DNA of 40,169 nucleotides from Candidatus Sumerlaeia bacterium (GCA_038208905.1 JBBQYG010000015.1:1-40169); one strand, 5' to 3'. Numbered from the stretch's first letter, positions 9,036-20,030 are shown. Notes: a model not told the origin generated them from the letters alone. Program-made: numbers and translations.

Positions 9036-11720
9036 ATGCGTCGATTCGTACTGATGGCAGGATGCCTGTTGGCCACCGCGACCGCCAGCATGGCGCATAG
9101 GCCGGCCGCGCCCATCGATGCGGCGGATCCGGCGACGTGGCCGTGCGGATTCTCCCCCGTGGAGAACGACACGCCGGGGCGGATGAAGGCGCTCTTCGCG
9201 GCGGAGGGATCCGATGTGTATCTGACCGAGGCCCAGATGGCGAAGCTCAAGCGCCCGGCGCCAACCAACCCCGACCGCTCCACGCATGTCCAGGGGGATA
9301 TAAAGATATACAGCTCCCCCGCCTCGGCGACTCGCGACGGAGGAGGCGCGCTGGCGGGCCGCGTCGTCTATGTGATGGCCGGACACGGGTGGACGCCGAA
9401 CGCCTCGACCTGGGCGCTCCAGCGCAGCCCCGCCCTCGGCATGGTGGAGGATATGGGGACCTACGACCAGGCGACGATCTTCGCCGACCTGGCGCTGGGC
9501 GCGGGCGCCATCGTGGTGCCGCTCCGCGCGTTCCACCACCAGAGCGCGGAAGTCGTGGTCGACAACGACGACGCGGCGGCGACGTTTGCGGGAACGTGGG
9601 ACGAAAGCGGCAGCACGGCATTCTACGGCACCCCCGGCGACGTGGCCTATCGCTTCGCCACGGCGGTTGACGGCGCCGCCACCGCGACGGCGCGATTTTC
9701 GGCGACGATCACAAAGACGGATTTCTATCCCGTCTATGCATGGGCCCGGTGGGGCGTCGATCGCATCAACCAGGAGTACATCGTGGGGCACTCCGGCGGG
9801 ACCACCAGCCGTCGCATCAACCACCGCATGGTCGGCGCGGGATGGGTCTACCTGGGATTCTATCACTTCGAGGCAGGCGGCCAGGCGTATGTGGAAATCA
9901 ACAACGCCCGCCAGCCCGGCGACACCGGCACGGTGGTCATCGCCGACGCGATTCGCTTTGGCAACGGGATGGGTTCCATTGCGGGGGCATCGGGCATTTC
10001 GGGGAAACCGCGCGAGGAGGAAAACGGCACCTATTGGGCAACGGAGAGCGTTGGCGTGGCGCCGGACGCCCCCTTGGCGGGAACAAACTGGGTGAGCGCG
10101 CCGCGCGAGCTTTCGGAATACATGAACTTCACCGACGCCGTGCCCGATCCGATCATCGACTCAACGCGCAAGCGGGTCTATTTGAGCTTTCACTCCAACG
10201 CGGGCGGAGGGCGCGGGGCCGACGGGCTGTTCAACTCCTACGGGGCGACACCCACTGTTCCCAATGAGAACACGACGCCAGACAGCTATCTCTTCGCGCA
10301 GTTGACTGGCCAGTATGTGAACCGCGACATGACCGCGGAAACAACGGCATCCGGGAACCCCTATGAGTTTGCCTGGGGTCGCAGCGGCTTTGGCAGCAAT
10401 GTTTTCGGCTCGGGAAATCGTCCCTTCGATGCCTACGGCGAGATCAACAACTCGTTCAATGGCGAGATGGCGATGACGATTATCGAGGTGGCCTTCCACG
10501 ACAACTCCAGCGACACCGCACTGATGCGCGATTCGCGGGTGCGCTATGCGATTGCGCGCGCCAACCTGCACGCCCTGATCGACTACTTCAACCAAGTGGA
10601 TAGCGGACCGATGACATTCCTCCCCGAGGCGCCGAGCAATGTGGCGGTGGTGTCGGATGTCGCGGCGAATCTGAGCCTGAGCTGGACCCCCCCAGTCGAT
10701 GGCGGCCCGTGGGGGCGCGGCGGCGACGCCCCGGCTGGCTACGTTGTCTATACATCCGCCAACGGCCGCGGATTCGTGGAGGCCGCGACGGTGGCTAGCG
10801 GCGCCACGGCGAGCCTGGACGTGACGGCGCTGGTGCCGCCCGGCGAGACACGCTTCTTCCGCGTGTCGGCCACCAACGCGGGGGGCGAATCGTTTCCCTC
10901 CGCCGTTGTCGGCGCCTCGCGCCCGGCCGCCGGCCGGAATCCGATTCTGGTCGTCAGCGGCTTCACCCGCGACGACCGCACGCTGAACCGCCTCCAGACG
11001 GAGAATTTCGGGTCCTTCGAGCGCGTGGTCCCGCTCTACCACAACTCCTTCGACTACGTGGCCGACGCCGGGCGCTCGGTCGCGGCCCACGGCAGCCGGT
11101 TCGACTCCTGCGAGGCGAGCCGCGTGGAATCGGGCGCCGTCAGCCTGCTCAACTACGCCACGGTGATCTGGCTGCTGGGAGAGGAAAGCACCGCGAACGA
11201 AACCTTCAGCGCGGCGGAGCAGGCGCTCGTCACCGCGTTCCTCGCGGGTGGCGGCAACCTCTTCGCCAGCGGCGCGGAGATCGGCTGGGACCTCGGGCGT
11301 TCCTCGGGCCCGACCGCCGCCGACCGCGCATTCCTGGCTAATCAGCTTCGCGTCGGGTTTCCCTCCAACGCCTTCGACGATGGCAACTCCTACAACGCCA
11401 CCGGGTCCGGCCTCTTCGCCAGCGTCGGCGCGTTCTCCATCGCCAGCGGCTCCAACGCCCAAGGCACCTACAATGTGGATACCCCCGACGTCTTACTGCC
11501 CGAGGGCGCCGGCGCCTCCACCGTGGCCAACTATGTGGGCGGCACGGGCAACAGCGCGGCGGTGGCCTATGACGGCAGCGCCGGCGGCGGGCGCCGCGTC
11601 GTGATGGGCATTCCCTTCGAGGCCATTTCCCCCTCCGCGAAGCGCGACGCGCTGATGGCGGCGGTGCTCGATTTCTTCGGCGCGCCGGCAGACGTTGGCG
11701 ACTGGATGGTTGTTTATTAG
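9036..11720 (+). CDS. Secreted N-acetylmuramoyl-L-alanine amidase-like protein with golvesin/CBM-like insert and FN3 domain
   Basis: Signal peptide MRRFVLMAGCLLATATASMA. Amidase_3-like motifs VYVMAGHG, SFHSNA, IIEVAFHDN. VVVDNDD...IADAIRFG module. FN3 LSWTPP...FRVSATNAGGES. Confidence 0.75.
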   Translation: MRRFVLMAGCLLATATASMAHRPAAPIDAADPATWPCGFSPVENDTPGRMKALFAAEGSDVYLTEAQMAKLKRPAPTNPDRSTHVQGDIKIYSSPASATRDGGGALAGRVVYVMAGHGWTPNASTWALQRSPALGMVEDMGTYDQATIFADLALGAGAIVVPLRAFHHQSAEVVVDNDDAAATFAGTWDESGSTAFYGTPGDVAYRFATAVDGAATATARFSATITKTDFYPVYAWARWGVDRINQEYIVGHSGGTTSRRINHRMVGAGWVYLGFYHFEAGGQAYVEINNARQPGDTGTVVIADAIRFGNGMGSIAGASGISGKPREEENGTYWATESVGVAPDAPLAGTNWVSAPRELSEYMNFTDAVPDPIIDSTRKRVYLSFHSNAGGGRGADGLFNSYGATPTVPNENTTPDSYLFAQLTGQYVNRDMTAETTASGNPYEFAWGRSGFGSNVFGSGNRPFDAYGEINNSFNGEMAMTIIEVAFHDNSSDTALMRDSRVRYAIARANLHALIDYFNQVDSGPMTFLPEAPSNVAVVSDVAANLSLSWTPPVDGGPWGRGGDAPAGYVVYTSANGRGFVEAATVASGATASLDVTALVPPGETRFFRVSATNAGGESFPSAVVGASRPAAGRNPILVVSGFTRDDRTLNRLQTENFGSFERVVPLYHNSFDYVADAGRSVAAHGSRFDSCEASRVESGAVSLLNYATVIWLLGEESTANETFSAAEQALVTAFLAGGGNLFASGAEIGWDLGRSSGPTAADRAFLANQLRVGFPSNAFDDGNSYNATGSGLFASVGAFSIASGSNAQGTYNVDTPDVLLPEGAGASTVANYVGGTGNSAAVAYDGSAGGGRRVVMGIPFEAISPSAKRDALMAAVLDFFGAPADVGDWMVVY

Positions 11721-11913
11721 GGGGGGAACGGCGGGAAAGACGGGAACAGCGGGAAAGACGAGAACGGCGGAGTTGGTGGCGGCCCTTGATCCCTACGCAA
11801 TTGCCGTAGTTCCCGCAGTTCCCGTTGTTCCCGCTTTTCCCGCCGTTCCCCCTTTTCCTTCCGTTCCCCCTTTTCCCGTTGTTCCCGCCGTTCCCGCTGT
11901 TCCCCAATTTTCC
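11721..11913. repeat. Inverted array of 9-bp repeats, copy 2
   Basis: GGGAACGGC GGGAAAGAC GGGAACAGC GGGAAAGAC GAGAACGGC, a spacer, then about 12 complementary units (CCGTTCCCG, CTTTTCCCG, TTGTTCCCG). Confidence 0.85.
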
Positions 11914-11949
11914 ATGCCCCGCCGAATTCCGCCCAACATCACGTACGCC

Positions 11950-12543
11950 ATGGAACGCACGCCCGAACGCGAGGCCCGATTGCTGGAAGTTCTGCGCCGT
12001 CGTCAGCCGGGGCTGACGGTGGTGCTGGAGAACATCCACGATCCCCACAACGTGAGCGCGATCCTGAGGAGCGCGGACTCGGTGGGTGTGCAGGAGGTGC
12101 AGCTCCTGTACTATATCGAGGAATTCCCCAATCTCACACGCCACGGCAAGCGCAGCAGCGCGGGCACAAGGAAGTGGCTGCCGCGCCATCAGCATCCCGG
12201 CGTGGCCGAGTGCTATGCCGACCTGCGTGCGCGTGGATTCAAGGTCTTCGCGTCCAGCCTCGCGGTGGGCTCGCGGTCGCTCTATGATCTGGACCTGACG
12301 GGGCCGACGGCGCTGCTCCTCGGCAACGAGAACCGCGGCGTTTCCCCCGAGGCCGCCGAGCAGGCCGACGCCACCTTCACGATCCCCATGATGGGAATGG
12401 CCCAAAGCCTCAACGTCTCCGTCGCCGCCGCGGTATCGCTCTACGAGGCGCTGAGGCAGCGGCAGAAGGCGGGGCTCTACGACACGGCGGGCCTTGGCGA
12501 GGAGGAGATGGAGCGGATCATGGAGGAGTGGCGGCAGATGTAG
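11950..12543 (+). CDS. trmH: tRNA (guanosine-2'-O)-methyltransferase, SpoU/TrmH family
   Basis: LTVVLENIHDPHNVSAILRSAD, LLGNENRG, IPMMGMAQSLNVSVA. Start is 11950 or 11914. Confidence 0.88.
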   Translation: MERTPEREARLLEVLRRRQPGLTVVLENIHDPHNVSAILRSADSVGVQEVQLLYYIEEFPNLTRHGKRSSAGTRKWLPRHQHPGVAECYADLRARGFKVFASSLAVGSRSLYDLDLTGPTALLLGNENRGVSPEAAEQADATFTIPMMGMAQSLNVSVAAAVSLYEALRQRQKAGLYDTAGLGEEEMERIMEEWRQM

Positions 12544-12625
12544 GCAGGGAACTTCGACCGCCCACACCTGCGGCCACGGGTTGTGCCGGAGAGGTACCGG
12601 GATGGGTAGCCTCTTTGGCAGGGCG

Positions 12626-13327
12626 CTACCTGCGCTCCATGGGGATGATGGCGGCGACCAGCAAATAGCAATACCCTGTTTTCTCGTACGGCTCTCCAAT
12701 CGAGACGGTGGCGAGCACCGGACTCTTCAGTTCTGGCGTCGCCCCATTGCTTATCGCATGGAAGCCCGTTGGCAACGATTGCAGCCGATGCTCGTAGTCG
12801 TCATCGGTTAGCGGGAGATCGTAGTTGATTCGATCGCGGTGAAAGTTTACGCGGGCCTGCCTGCGGGTGGCGCCTGGCTGACTCGGCTCGCGCAACTGCC
12901 ACTCGAAATCCTCCAGCAGGATCAAGGCGAGGGAGGAGGACCGGGGCTCCCCTGGCGAGACGTGGTTCAGCTTTGTTCCGAAAAGAAGGGGATCACGGGC
13001 AAGCGACTTCCGAAGAAGCGCCCTTCCCGATTCATCTAGGCCCCGACGAATCAGCCGCCACGGGGTGCGTGCAAGAACCCAGTCCTCGGGTTGATACGGC
13101 TTGGGGGAGGGAGAGGTGACTCCGAACTCGATCACATCCAGCAGGCGTGGCGCCCCATGCGGGCCGAGGTCCATGCTGGCGGGGTCAATTTCGCCGTGGG
13201 GAGTGGATGGGTCGATGGGGCGAATCCAGCCGCCCCCATCGAGGCGAATGCCCGCGACACATCGCAGCCCATGCTTTCGGGAGTTTGCGAGACAGAGGAC
13301 TTGGACGCGCTGTTCTGTTGGATGCAC
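12626..13327 (-). CDS. Dual OB-fold domain-like protein
   Basis: VLCLANSRKHGLRCVAG, WIRP, QPEDW, YDLPLTD and SIGEPY...CYLLVAAI match a family I recall next to DUF488 genes. Confidence 0.7.
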   Translation of the reverse strand: MHPTEQRVQVLCLANSRKHGLRCVAGIRLDGGGWIRPIDPSTPHGEIDPASMDLGPHGAPRLLDVIEFGVTSPSPKPYQPEDWVLARTPWRLIRRGLDESGRALLRKSLARDPLLFGTKLNHVSPGEPRSSSLALILLEDFEWQLREPSQPGATRRQARVNFHRDRINYDLPLTDDDYEHRLQSLPTGFHAISNGATPELKSPVLATVSIGEPYEKTGYCYLLVAAIIPMERR

Positions 13328-13343
13328 GGTGCCACTCCAGGGA

Positions 13344-13784
13344 TCAGAGGTGGATAGTCCGCAAGTCCGGCCAGTATCCCGCCAAGTACTGCAGGACCAG
13401 GCGCCGGTGGCACTTTTCCGCGGTTGGCTCGGAGCAAAGGAGCACCGTGGGATCTCGGAACAGATTCTGGTCCAACGCGGCCTCGATCCTGCGCTGACCC
13501 ATGAGCGCGAGGAAGTCCCTTTCGTAGTCCTCCCACGGCACGACTTTCTTCATCTTATAGGCGCTCAGCATCTCCTGAGTGGGGGCGAGCAGCGGCTCGT
13601 GTACATAGCGAATACCGCCAATCTCCCCAAGGAAGTACTCCAGATCGGATGCCTTGGTGAACCCGGCGAGCTGGGAGACGTTGTTCAGGCGCACATCGAC
13701 GAGGGTGCCTATATTTGCTCCACGTAGGATTCCGAAGAATTCCCGAGCGCTTTTTTTCGTAAACCCGATTGTATAGACTTCCAT
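13344..13784 (-). CDS. DUF488 family protein
   Basis: YTIGFTKKSA, LVDVRLNN.SQLAGF, LAPT, LLCSEPTAEKCHRRLV. Confidence 0.85.
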   Translation of the reverse strand: MEVYTIGFTKKSAREFFGILRGANIGTLVDVRLNNVSQLAGFTKASDLEYFLGEIGGIRYVHEPLLAPTQEMLSAYKMKKVVPWEDYERDFLALMGQRRIEAALDQNLFRDPTVLLCSEPTAEKCHRRLVLQYLAGYWPDLRTIHL

Positions 13785-14326
13785 TGCTCGCGCTCCTGGG
13801 GCAGATTGACCTCGGCGAAGATGTCGAGCTGGGGCCGTCGCGCTTCGTCGAGGCGGGCCAATTCTTCCTCAAGTTCCAATCGTCCGTCGCCGCGAATATG
13901 GCGCACGTCCACGCCCTGTTCGTGAAGCACGCGGGAGAGCAGCAGGCGGCGGTGGCACGCGGAGGGGTTTTCCTCGCTGCACATGGTGGCGATGGAGAAT
14001 TGCTTCATGCCTCGATAGAGTCGGGTGACACCGTCCAGGAAGAATTCGCTCTCGGCCATACGCCAATAGAGGGCGCGCCCGTCCTCGTCGTAGAACTCCG
14101 CGGCGGGGGGTTGGCCGCCAAGTTCGCGGCCCATGAAAACGTACTTGAAACCGTTCTCCGCTAGGATCGTCGATATGTTCTCTCGCGAGAAATAAGGGCA
14201 ATAGCTGCTGACGGGGCGGGAGCGCACATCGGCCACGACATCGATCCGATGGGCGCGCAGCAGCCCAAGAAAGTGATCGAGCGCGTGATTTGAGTGGCCG
14301 ACGGTGTGGATTGTGAAGTTCGGCAT
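13709..14326 (-). CDS. DUF488 family protein
   Basis: TVGHSNH, ADVRSRP.S, ELGG, MCSEENPSACHRRLL, HIRGDG. Its 3' end overlaps the next DUF488 gene. Confidence 0.85.
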   Translation of the reverse strand: MPNFTIHTVGHSNHALDHFLGLLRAHRIDVVADVRSRPVSSYCPYFSRENISTILAENGFKYVFMGRELGGQPPAAEFYDEDGRALYWRMAESEFFLDGVTRLYRGMKQFSIATMCSEENPSACHRRLLLSRVLHEQGVDVRHIRGDGRLELEEELARLDEARRPQLDIFAEVNLPQEREQWKSIQSGLRKKALGNSSESYVEQI

Positions 14327-14411
14327 GTGCGGACCCGGCCGTGAACTCGAGGTTGTTGGTAGCATTGCTGCTGGTGATCCCCTTGAGGCAAGGATTTCCC
14401 TCCAATGCCGC

Positions 14412-14449
14412 AATAAACCGCGCCGCCCGGGATGCCATCCGGGCGGCGC
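14412..14449 (-). terminator. Rho-independent terminator of groESL
   Basis: 11-bp stem GCGCCGCCCGG/CCGGGCGGCGC followed by GGTTTATT on the minus strand, just after the groEL stop. Confidence 0.7.
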
Positions 14450-14475
14450 TTCGATGTTGCGCGATGGGGTGAGTC

Positions 14476-16113
<1,638 letters not shown>

Positions 16114-16166
16114 CTATGTCAGTGTGTTGATTTGTGACGGGGTGAGGGGGACGAGCCGGGTGTGGC

Positions 16167-16463
16167 TCAGTCCTTGGTGATGATCGCGAGGATCTCGCTC
16201 TCGCGGACGATCAGGTACTCGTGGCCGCCGAACTTGATGTCCGTGCCGGAGTACTTGCCGAACAGCACCTTGTCGCCCGCCTTGACGGTGAGCGCGGTCA
16301 GTTTGCCGTCGTCGGCGCGTGTGCCTTCGCCCACGGCGACAACCTTGCCCTCGATCGGCTTCTCCTTGGCGGTGTCGGGGATGATGATTCCCCCGCTGCT
16401 CTTCTGCTCGTCATTCTCGATACGCTCCAGCAGGACGCGGTCGTGGAGTGGCTTGATCGGCAT
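16167..16463 (-). CDS. groS: Co-chaperonin GroES
   Basis: [41 protein letters not shown]. Confidence 0.98.
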   Translation of the reverse strand: MPIKPLHDRVLLERIENDEQKSSGGIIIPDTAKEKPIEGKVVAVGEGTRADDGKLTALTVKAGDKVLFGKYSGTDIKFGGHEYLIVRESEILAIITKD

Positions 16464-16522
16464 GGCTGTAAAGGCTCCTTCTAAGGGTTGAGGATTTGTT
16501 ATGTATCCGGGGTACACGTGTT

Positions 16523-16539
16523 TGCAAACGCGGTGCCAG
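16523..16539 (-). promoter_or_regulatory. sigma54 (RpoN) -24/-12 promoter of groESL
   Basis: The minus strand reads CTGGCAC-CGCGT-TTGCA, matching the TGGCAC-N5-TTGCA consensus about 60 bp upstream of groES. Confidence 0.75.
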
Positions 16540-16692
16540 CGCCTCAAACGGTCTTTCGCCGGGCCCAACCCCAATAAAATCAGCGAATCGACCGATCCAA
16601 CCGGCCAACTGGGCGGCAGAAAGTGGGTCTCTGTGATACGGTGGCGCGACGGCGGGGTGGTTGCGGGGTCGGTTGGAGACAGGGGAAACGGC

Positions 16693-16717
16693 AGGGATGA
16701 GGGTGGAGGGATGAGGG
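16693..16717. repeat. Short AGGGATG heptamer repeat
   Basis: AGGGATGAGGGTGGAGGGATGAGGG, the reverse complement of the motif at 7747-7791. Confidence 0.4.
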
Positions 16718-16757
16718 CGGTTTTGCTGGTTTGGAGGACCCGCGCCACCTTGGCAAC

Positions 16758-17627
16758 TCAGTCCAGCAGGATCGAAACGTCCGTCAGCCCAGTCTTATTG
16801 AGCACCACGTTGGCCACGATCCCGCCGCCCTGCTGGAGCCATTGCGCCGTGAGCTGGGCGCCGGAGACGCTCCCCTTCAGGTCATACATCTCGTTGTTCT
16901 TGCCCGATTCGGTGACCTTGAACCGGCTGGCGACGCGGAAGGAGGACTGGGCGGCATTGACGGTCACATCGCCTAGCTGGCGGCCGTAGGCGTCGTTGCC
17001 GGGGAACTTGAAATAGACGTCGGCGGTGGCGGGGGCCGCGTCTCCCCCGTTGAACTGGACGAAAAAGTCGATCTCCTCGCCGTTGGTCATGCGTGCCTTG
17101 CCGGACCAAATGCCGCGAAGCGCGGTATAGACGGCCTGGGGGTCGGCGGCAGGGGTTGGGACGGGAATTACCGCGACCGGCGCGGGCGCGGGGAGTGCAG
17201 CGCCCTTGGGCTGGCGCAACGTCGCGGAGAGCGTATCCGGCGTTTGCTCCCAAGCGCCGCCAGAGAGCAGCCCCAGCAGCGGCACCAGCCAAAGCACCCC
17301 CCCGATCACATCGATGATTCCCACCGTGCTGAGGCCGCCCGAGGTGGAGAGCGTGCTGGTTTCGTAGCCATCCAGCGAGAACGTCACCACGGCCCTGCGC
17401 TTGCGATCAATCTCGTAAACCTGGACGGGCGTGGTGCCGGCATAGACGCCGTTGACCTTGGCCTCGGCCCCCTCGGGGGAGGAGAGCAGCGTGATCGTTT
17501 GGCGGGAATTCGCGAAGAGGGAGCACGCCGTGGTGCTGGCCGCGAGGCCCAGGGCGCACGCCATCCGGCCCGCGCGGCGAAGTCGGCGGAACGGCGTCTT
17601 GTACGTCTCGACGTGGCGATCAGGCAT
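16758..17627 (-). CDS. PEGA-domain putative lipoprotein
   Basis: Basic N-region, hydrophobic stretch and T-A-C lipobox-like site. SSPEGAEAKVNG...GTTP...LDGY PEGA motif, a hydrophobic hairpin, a PA-rich linker and a C-terminal beta domain. AAGGAG RBS. Confidence 0.7.
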   Translation of the reverse strand: MPDRHVETYKTPFRRLRRAGRMACALGLAASTTACSLFANSRQTITLLSSPEGAEAKVNGVYAGTTPVQVYEIDRKRRAVVTFSLDGYETSTLSTSGGLSTVGIIDVIGGVLWLVPLLGLLSGGAWEQTPDTLSATLRQPKGAALPAPAPVAVIPVPTPAADPQAVYTALRGIWSGKARMTNGEEIDFFVQFNGGDAAPATADVYFKFPGNDAYGRQLGDVTVNAAQSSFRVASRFKVTESGKNNEMYDLKGSVSGAQLTAQWLQQGGGIVANVVLNKTGLTDVSILLD

Positions 17628-17708
17628 CGTCGCGGGGCTCCTTGGTACGGCGTGGATAATGCCCGATCATCCATTGCGATTGGGGAAAACGGGCAACAGG
17701 AAACGCGC

Positions 17709-18935
17709 ATGGCGCTTGATTCCCCGGCGCCCCCGGCGCCCCATGACCCCATGCTGCCCATCGGCTCCATCGAGTTCCGCCACGTCACCAAGACCTATCA
17801 CATCATGCAGCGCGCCACCCCGCGCGTGGGGGCGTGGTTTATCAGCAAGGCCTTCGAGTACTTCCGGCGAGAGCCGTTCTCCGCGATCCGCGACCTCTCC
17901 CTCAGCATCGCCCCGGGTGAGATGGTCGGCCTCCTCGGCTCCAACGGGGCGGGAAAATCCACGATCCTCAAGCTGATCGCCGGCATCACCCAGCCCACCG
18001 GCGGCGAGGTGATCGTCTCGGGCCCCGTGACCAGCCTCCTCGAACTCGGCGTCGGCTTTCACCCCGACCTGACGGGGATGGAGAACATCTTCTACAACGG
18101 CGCCCTGATGGGAATGAGCCGTGCCCAGATCCTTTCCCGGCTGGAGGAGATCATCGCCTTCAGCGGCCTCGCGGAATTCCTCTACGAGCCGGTGAAGCAC
18201 TACAGCAGCGGCATGTACTCGCGCCTTGCGTGCTCGGTGGCGCTGCACCTGGAGCCCAAGATCATCCTGGTGGACGAAATCCTGGCCGTGGGCGACGCGG
18301 AGTTCCAGCAGCGCGGCATCCTCAAGATTCTCGACCTCCACCGCCAGGGCGTGACCGTCCTGCTGGTCACGCACGAAACCAACACCGCGCGCGACATCTG
18401 CGACCGCCTCATCTGGATCGACAAGGGAACCGTCCGCCTCTCCGGCGATCCCCGCGCCGTCCACGCGGAATACATGCAGCACATGATGGCCGACGCCGGC
18501 GTGGGTGGAATCTTCACAAGGGAAGTGGAGCCATCGCCCGACGGCCCGCGTCTCTCCGGCGCGCGCTTCCTCGCAGACGGAGCCGAATCCACCCGTATCC
18601 AAACCGGCCACCCCGCCGAGGTCCTGGTCCGCATCGAAGGCGCCGCCCACAACGCCCGCCTCGCGATCCGCTGGCGCTGGACCGACGGCCGCACGCTGGT
18701 CGAGGAACTCTCCGACCCCTTCTCCTGCGGACCCGACGGCACCACCCACCGCTACGCCGTCCCGCGCTGGCCCCTGCTCGCCGCCAAGGTGACCGCGTCG
18801 GTGGCGCTGGTGAGCGCCGATGAATCGCGGACATTGAGCAGGCTGAACGACTGCCTCCGCATCCAGGTCGAGTCCCCCGGCTGCCTCATCGGCGAGACGA
18901 TGGTGTCGCCGAGGGTGCGGTGGGAGGTGGGGTGA
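17709..18935 (+). CDS. Polysaccharide/teichoic acid export ABC ATPase (Wzt/TagH-like) with C-terminal domain
   Basis: GSNGAGKST, LLELGVGFHPDLTGMENI, YSSGMYSRL, DEILAVGDAEFQ. Start is 17709 or 17751. Confidence 0.88.
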   Translation: MALDSPAPPAPHDPMLPIGSIEFRHVTKTYHIMQRATPRVGAWFISKAFEYFRREPFSAIRDLSLSIAPGEMVGLLGSNGAGKSTILKLIAGITQPTGGEVIVSGPVTSLLELGVGFHPDLTGMENIFYNGALMGMSRAQILSRLEEIIAFSGLAEFLYEPVKHYSSGMYSRLACSVALHLEPKIILVDEILAVGDAEFQQRGILKILDLHRQGVTVLLVTHETNTARDICDRLIWIDKGTVRLSGDPRAVHAEYMQHMMADAGVGGIFTREVEPSPDGPRLSGARFLADGAESTRIQTGHPAEVLVRIEGAAHNARLAIRWRWTDGRTLVEELSDPFSCGPDGTTHRYAVPRWPLLAAKVTASVALVSADESRTLSRLNDCLRIQVESPGCLIGETMVSPRVRWEVG

Positions 18936-19060
18936 GGGGGGCCGTCCTCGCCCGCAACCTGCTGAGGGGCCTGCAACGAAGGGAGAGCCGCGCGTGATGT
19001 CAGGTCAGGAGGCGGATGCGCCGCGCAGTCTCCGCCACAATCGCCACGCGGAATGCTGAG

Positions 19061-19127
19061 GGCTCCGGGGCAAAAAAAAACAGGTTGGTTTTAGAACGGA
19101 GTTGGGCAGGTGGTCAGGTCAGAGGTT
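19061..19127 (+). repeat. Left arm of ~66-bp imperfect inverted repeat
   Basis: GGCTCCGGGGCAA...AGGTTG.TTT.AGAACG.AG...GTCAGGTCAGAGGTT aligns to the reverse complement of 21397-21462. Confidence 0.75.
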
Positions 19128-19629
19128 TCGTTAATTGTACCATTGCGTACGACATGATGACTGAAGCCTTGATTTTTTCCGGCAAAATTCTGGGCATGTG
19201 AATTGCCGGAGCGATCAATGGAATCCCCCTCGGACCGTCACCGGCCCATGATCTTAAACGCTAGGGCATTACGACGGCGATCGTTCCTCCGCATTCGATT
19301 CTTCAGCTTCCCTCGCTTGAGCTCATGACGTTACCCTCGCTTCCCTCTGGCTTGCTTCTTTGCACCCTTGTCTTCGCGACGATGGTTCCTACCGTCGCTG
19401 GCTCGGACTCGGAAACTATTGTCGGCGATCCCTCCGCCGGGTGTCTCGGGTTGGAGATTTCGCCCGACATGAAGTTCCTCAGCCGGACCCAGCAGCCAGC
19501 CACTCCGCGGTTGTGGTTGTGCGGAATGGATGGTGCCACCGGCGAACTCGTTCCCCCCAACGGAAGAGCCATCGGATCGAACGGGCAACCTTTCGCGGTC
19601 CCGAATATCCCGTCGGGCTCGAGACCAGT

Positions 19630-19843
19630 GCGCGCGGCCTGTGCGCCAACCTGCTGAAGCACGAAGGCGCACTCTGGCACCCGCTGCGCGACGCCGCGAT
19701 TCCCGCCACCAACAACGCCGCCGAGCGCGCGCTGCGCGGAGCGAATGATCACCCCCGGAGCCACCGCCCGCCACCATGACTTCAACCCCATCTCCCTCCT
19801 CGCCGCCGCGCTGCTGCCGGGAGGGTAGGGCGTGAACGGATAG
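19630..19843 (+). mobile_element. IS66-family transposase C-terminal remnant with degenerate right IR
   Basis: NLLKHEGALW...IPATNNAAERALR (NN.AER.LR motif), then ATARHHDFNPISLL. Ends in GGGCGTGAACGGATAG, which resembles an IS66 terminus. Confidence 0.7.
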
Positions 19844-20030
19844 GTCACGGAGCCCGTCTTTGGGCGCAAGCTCTTCAGGAAGCCGACTTCAGGGGGACGT
19901 GCCGGATCTAGCGACTCCAGCTTCAATTGTCCACATCGCGACCCCTTTCCGCATTGTCGGGGGAGATGATCACGTCAGAAATCGTATTGTAGTTTTCCGA
20001 GTCACCTACTTTCCCAGGTTTTCTCTGAAT

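Noticed and set aside
11721-11913. Possible CRISPR array or coding low-complexity N-terminus of TrmH
   Set aside because: The 9-bp tandem units have no unique spacers and no cas genes are present. TrmH similarity begins at about 11950, and the same repeat is intergenic elsewhere.
18936-19060. tRNA or att site at the islet boundary
   Set aside because: No cloverleaf or T-loop motif. The 11-bp GGGAGAGCCGC match with about 21975 is too short to call an att pair.
19130-19625. Several short overlapping ORFs in the islet
   Set aside because: No recognisable motif, RBS or codon bias in any frame.
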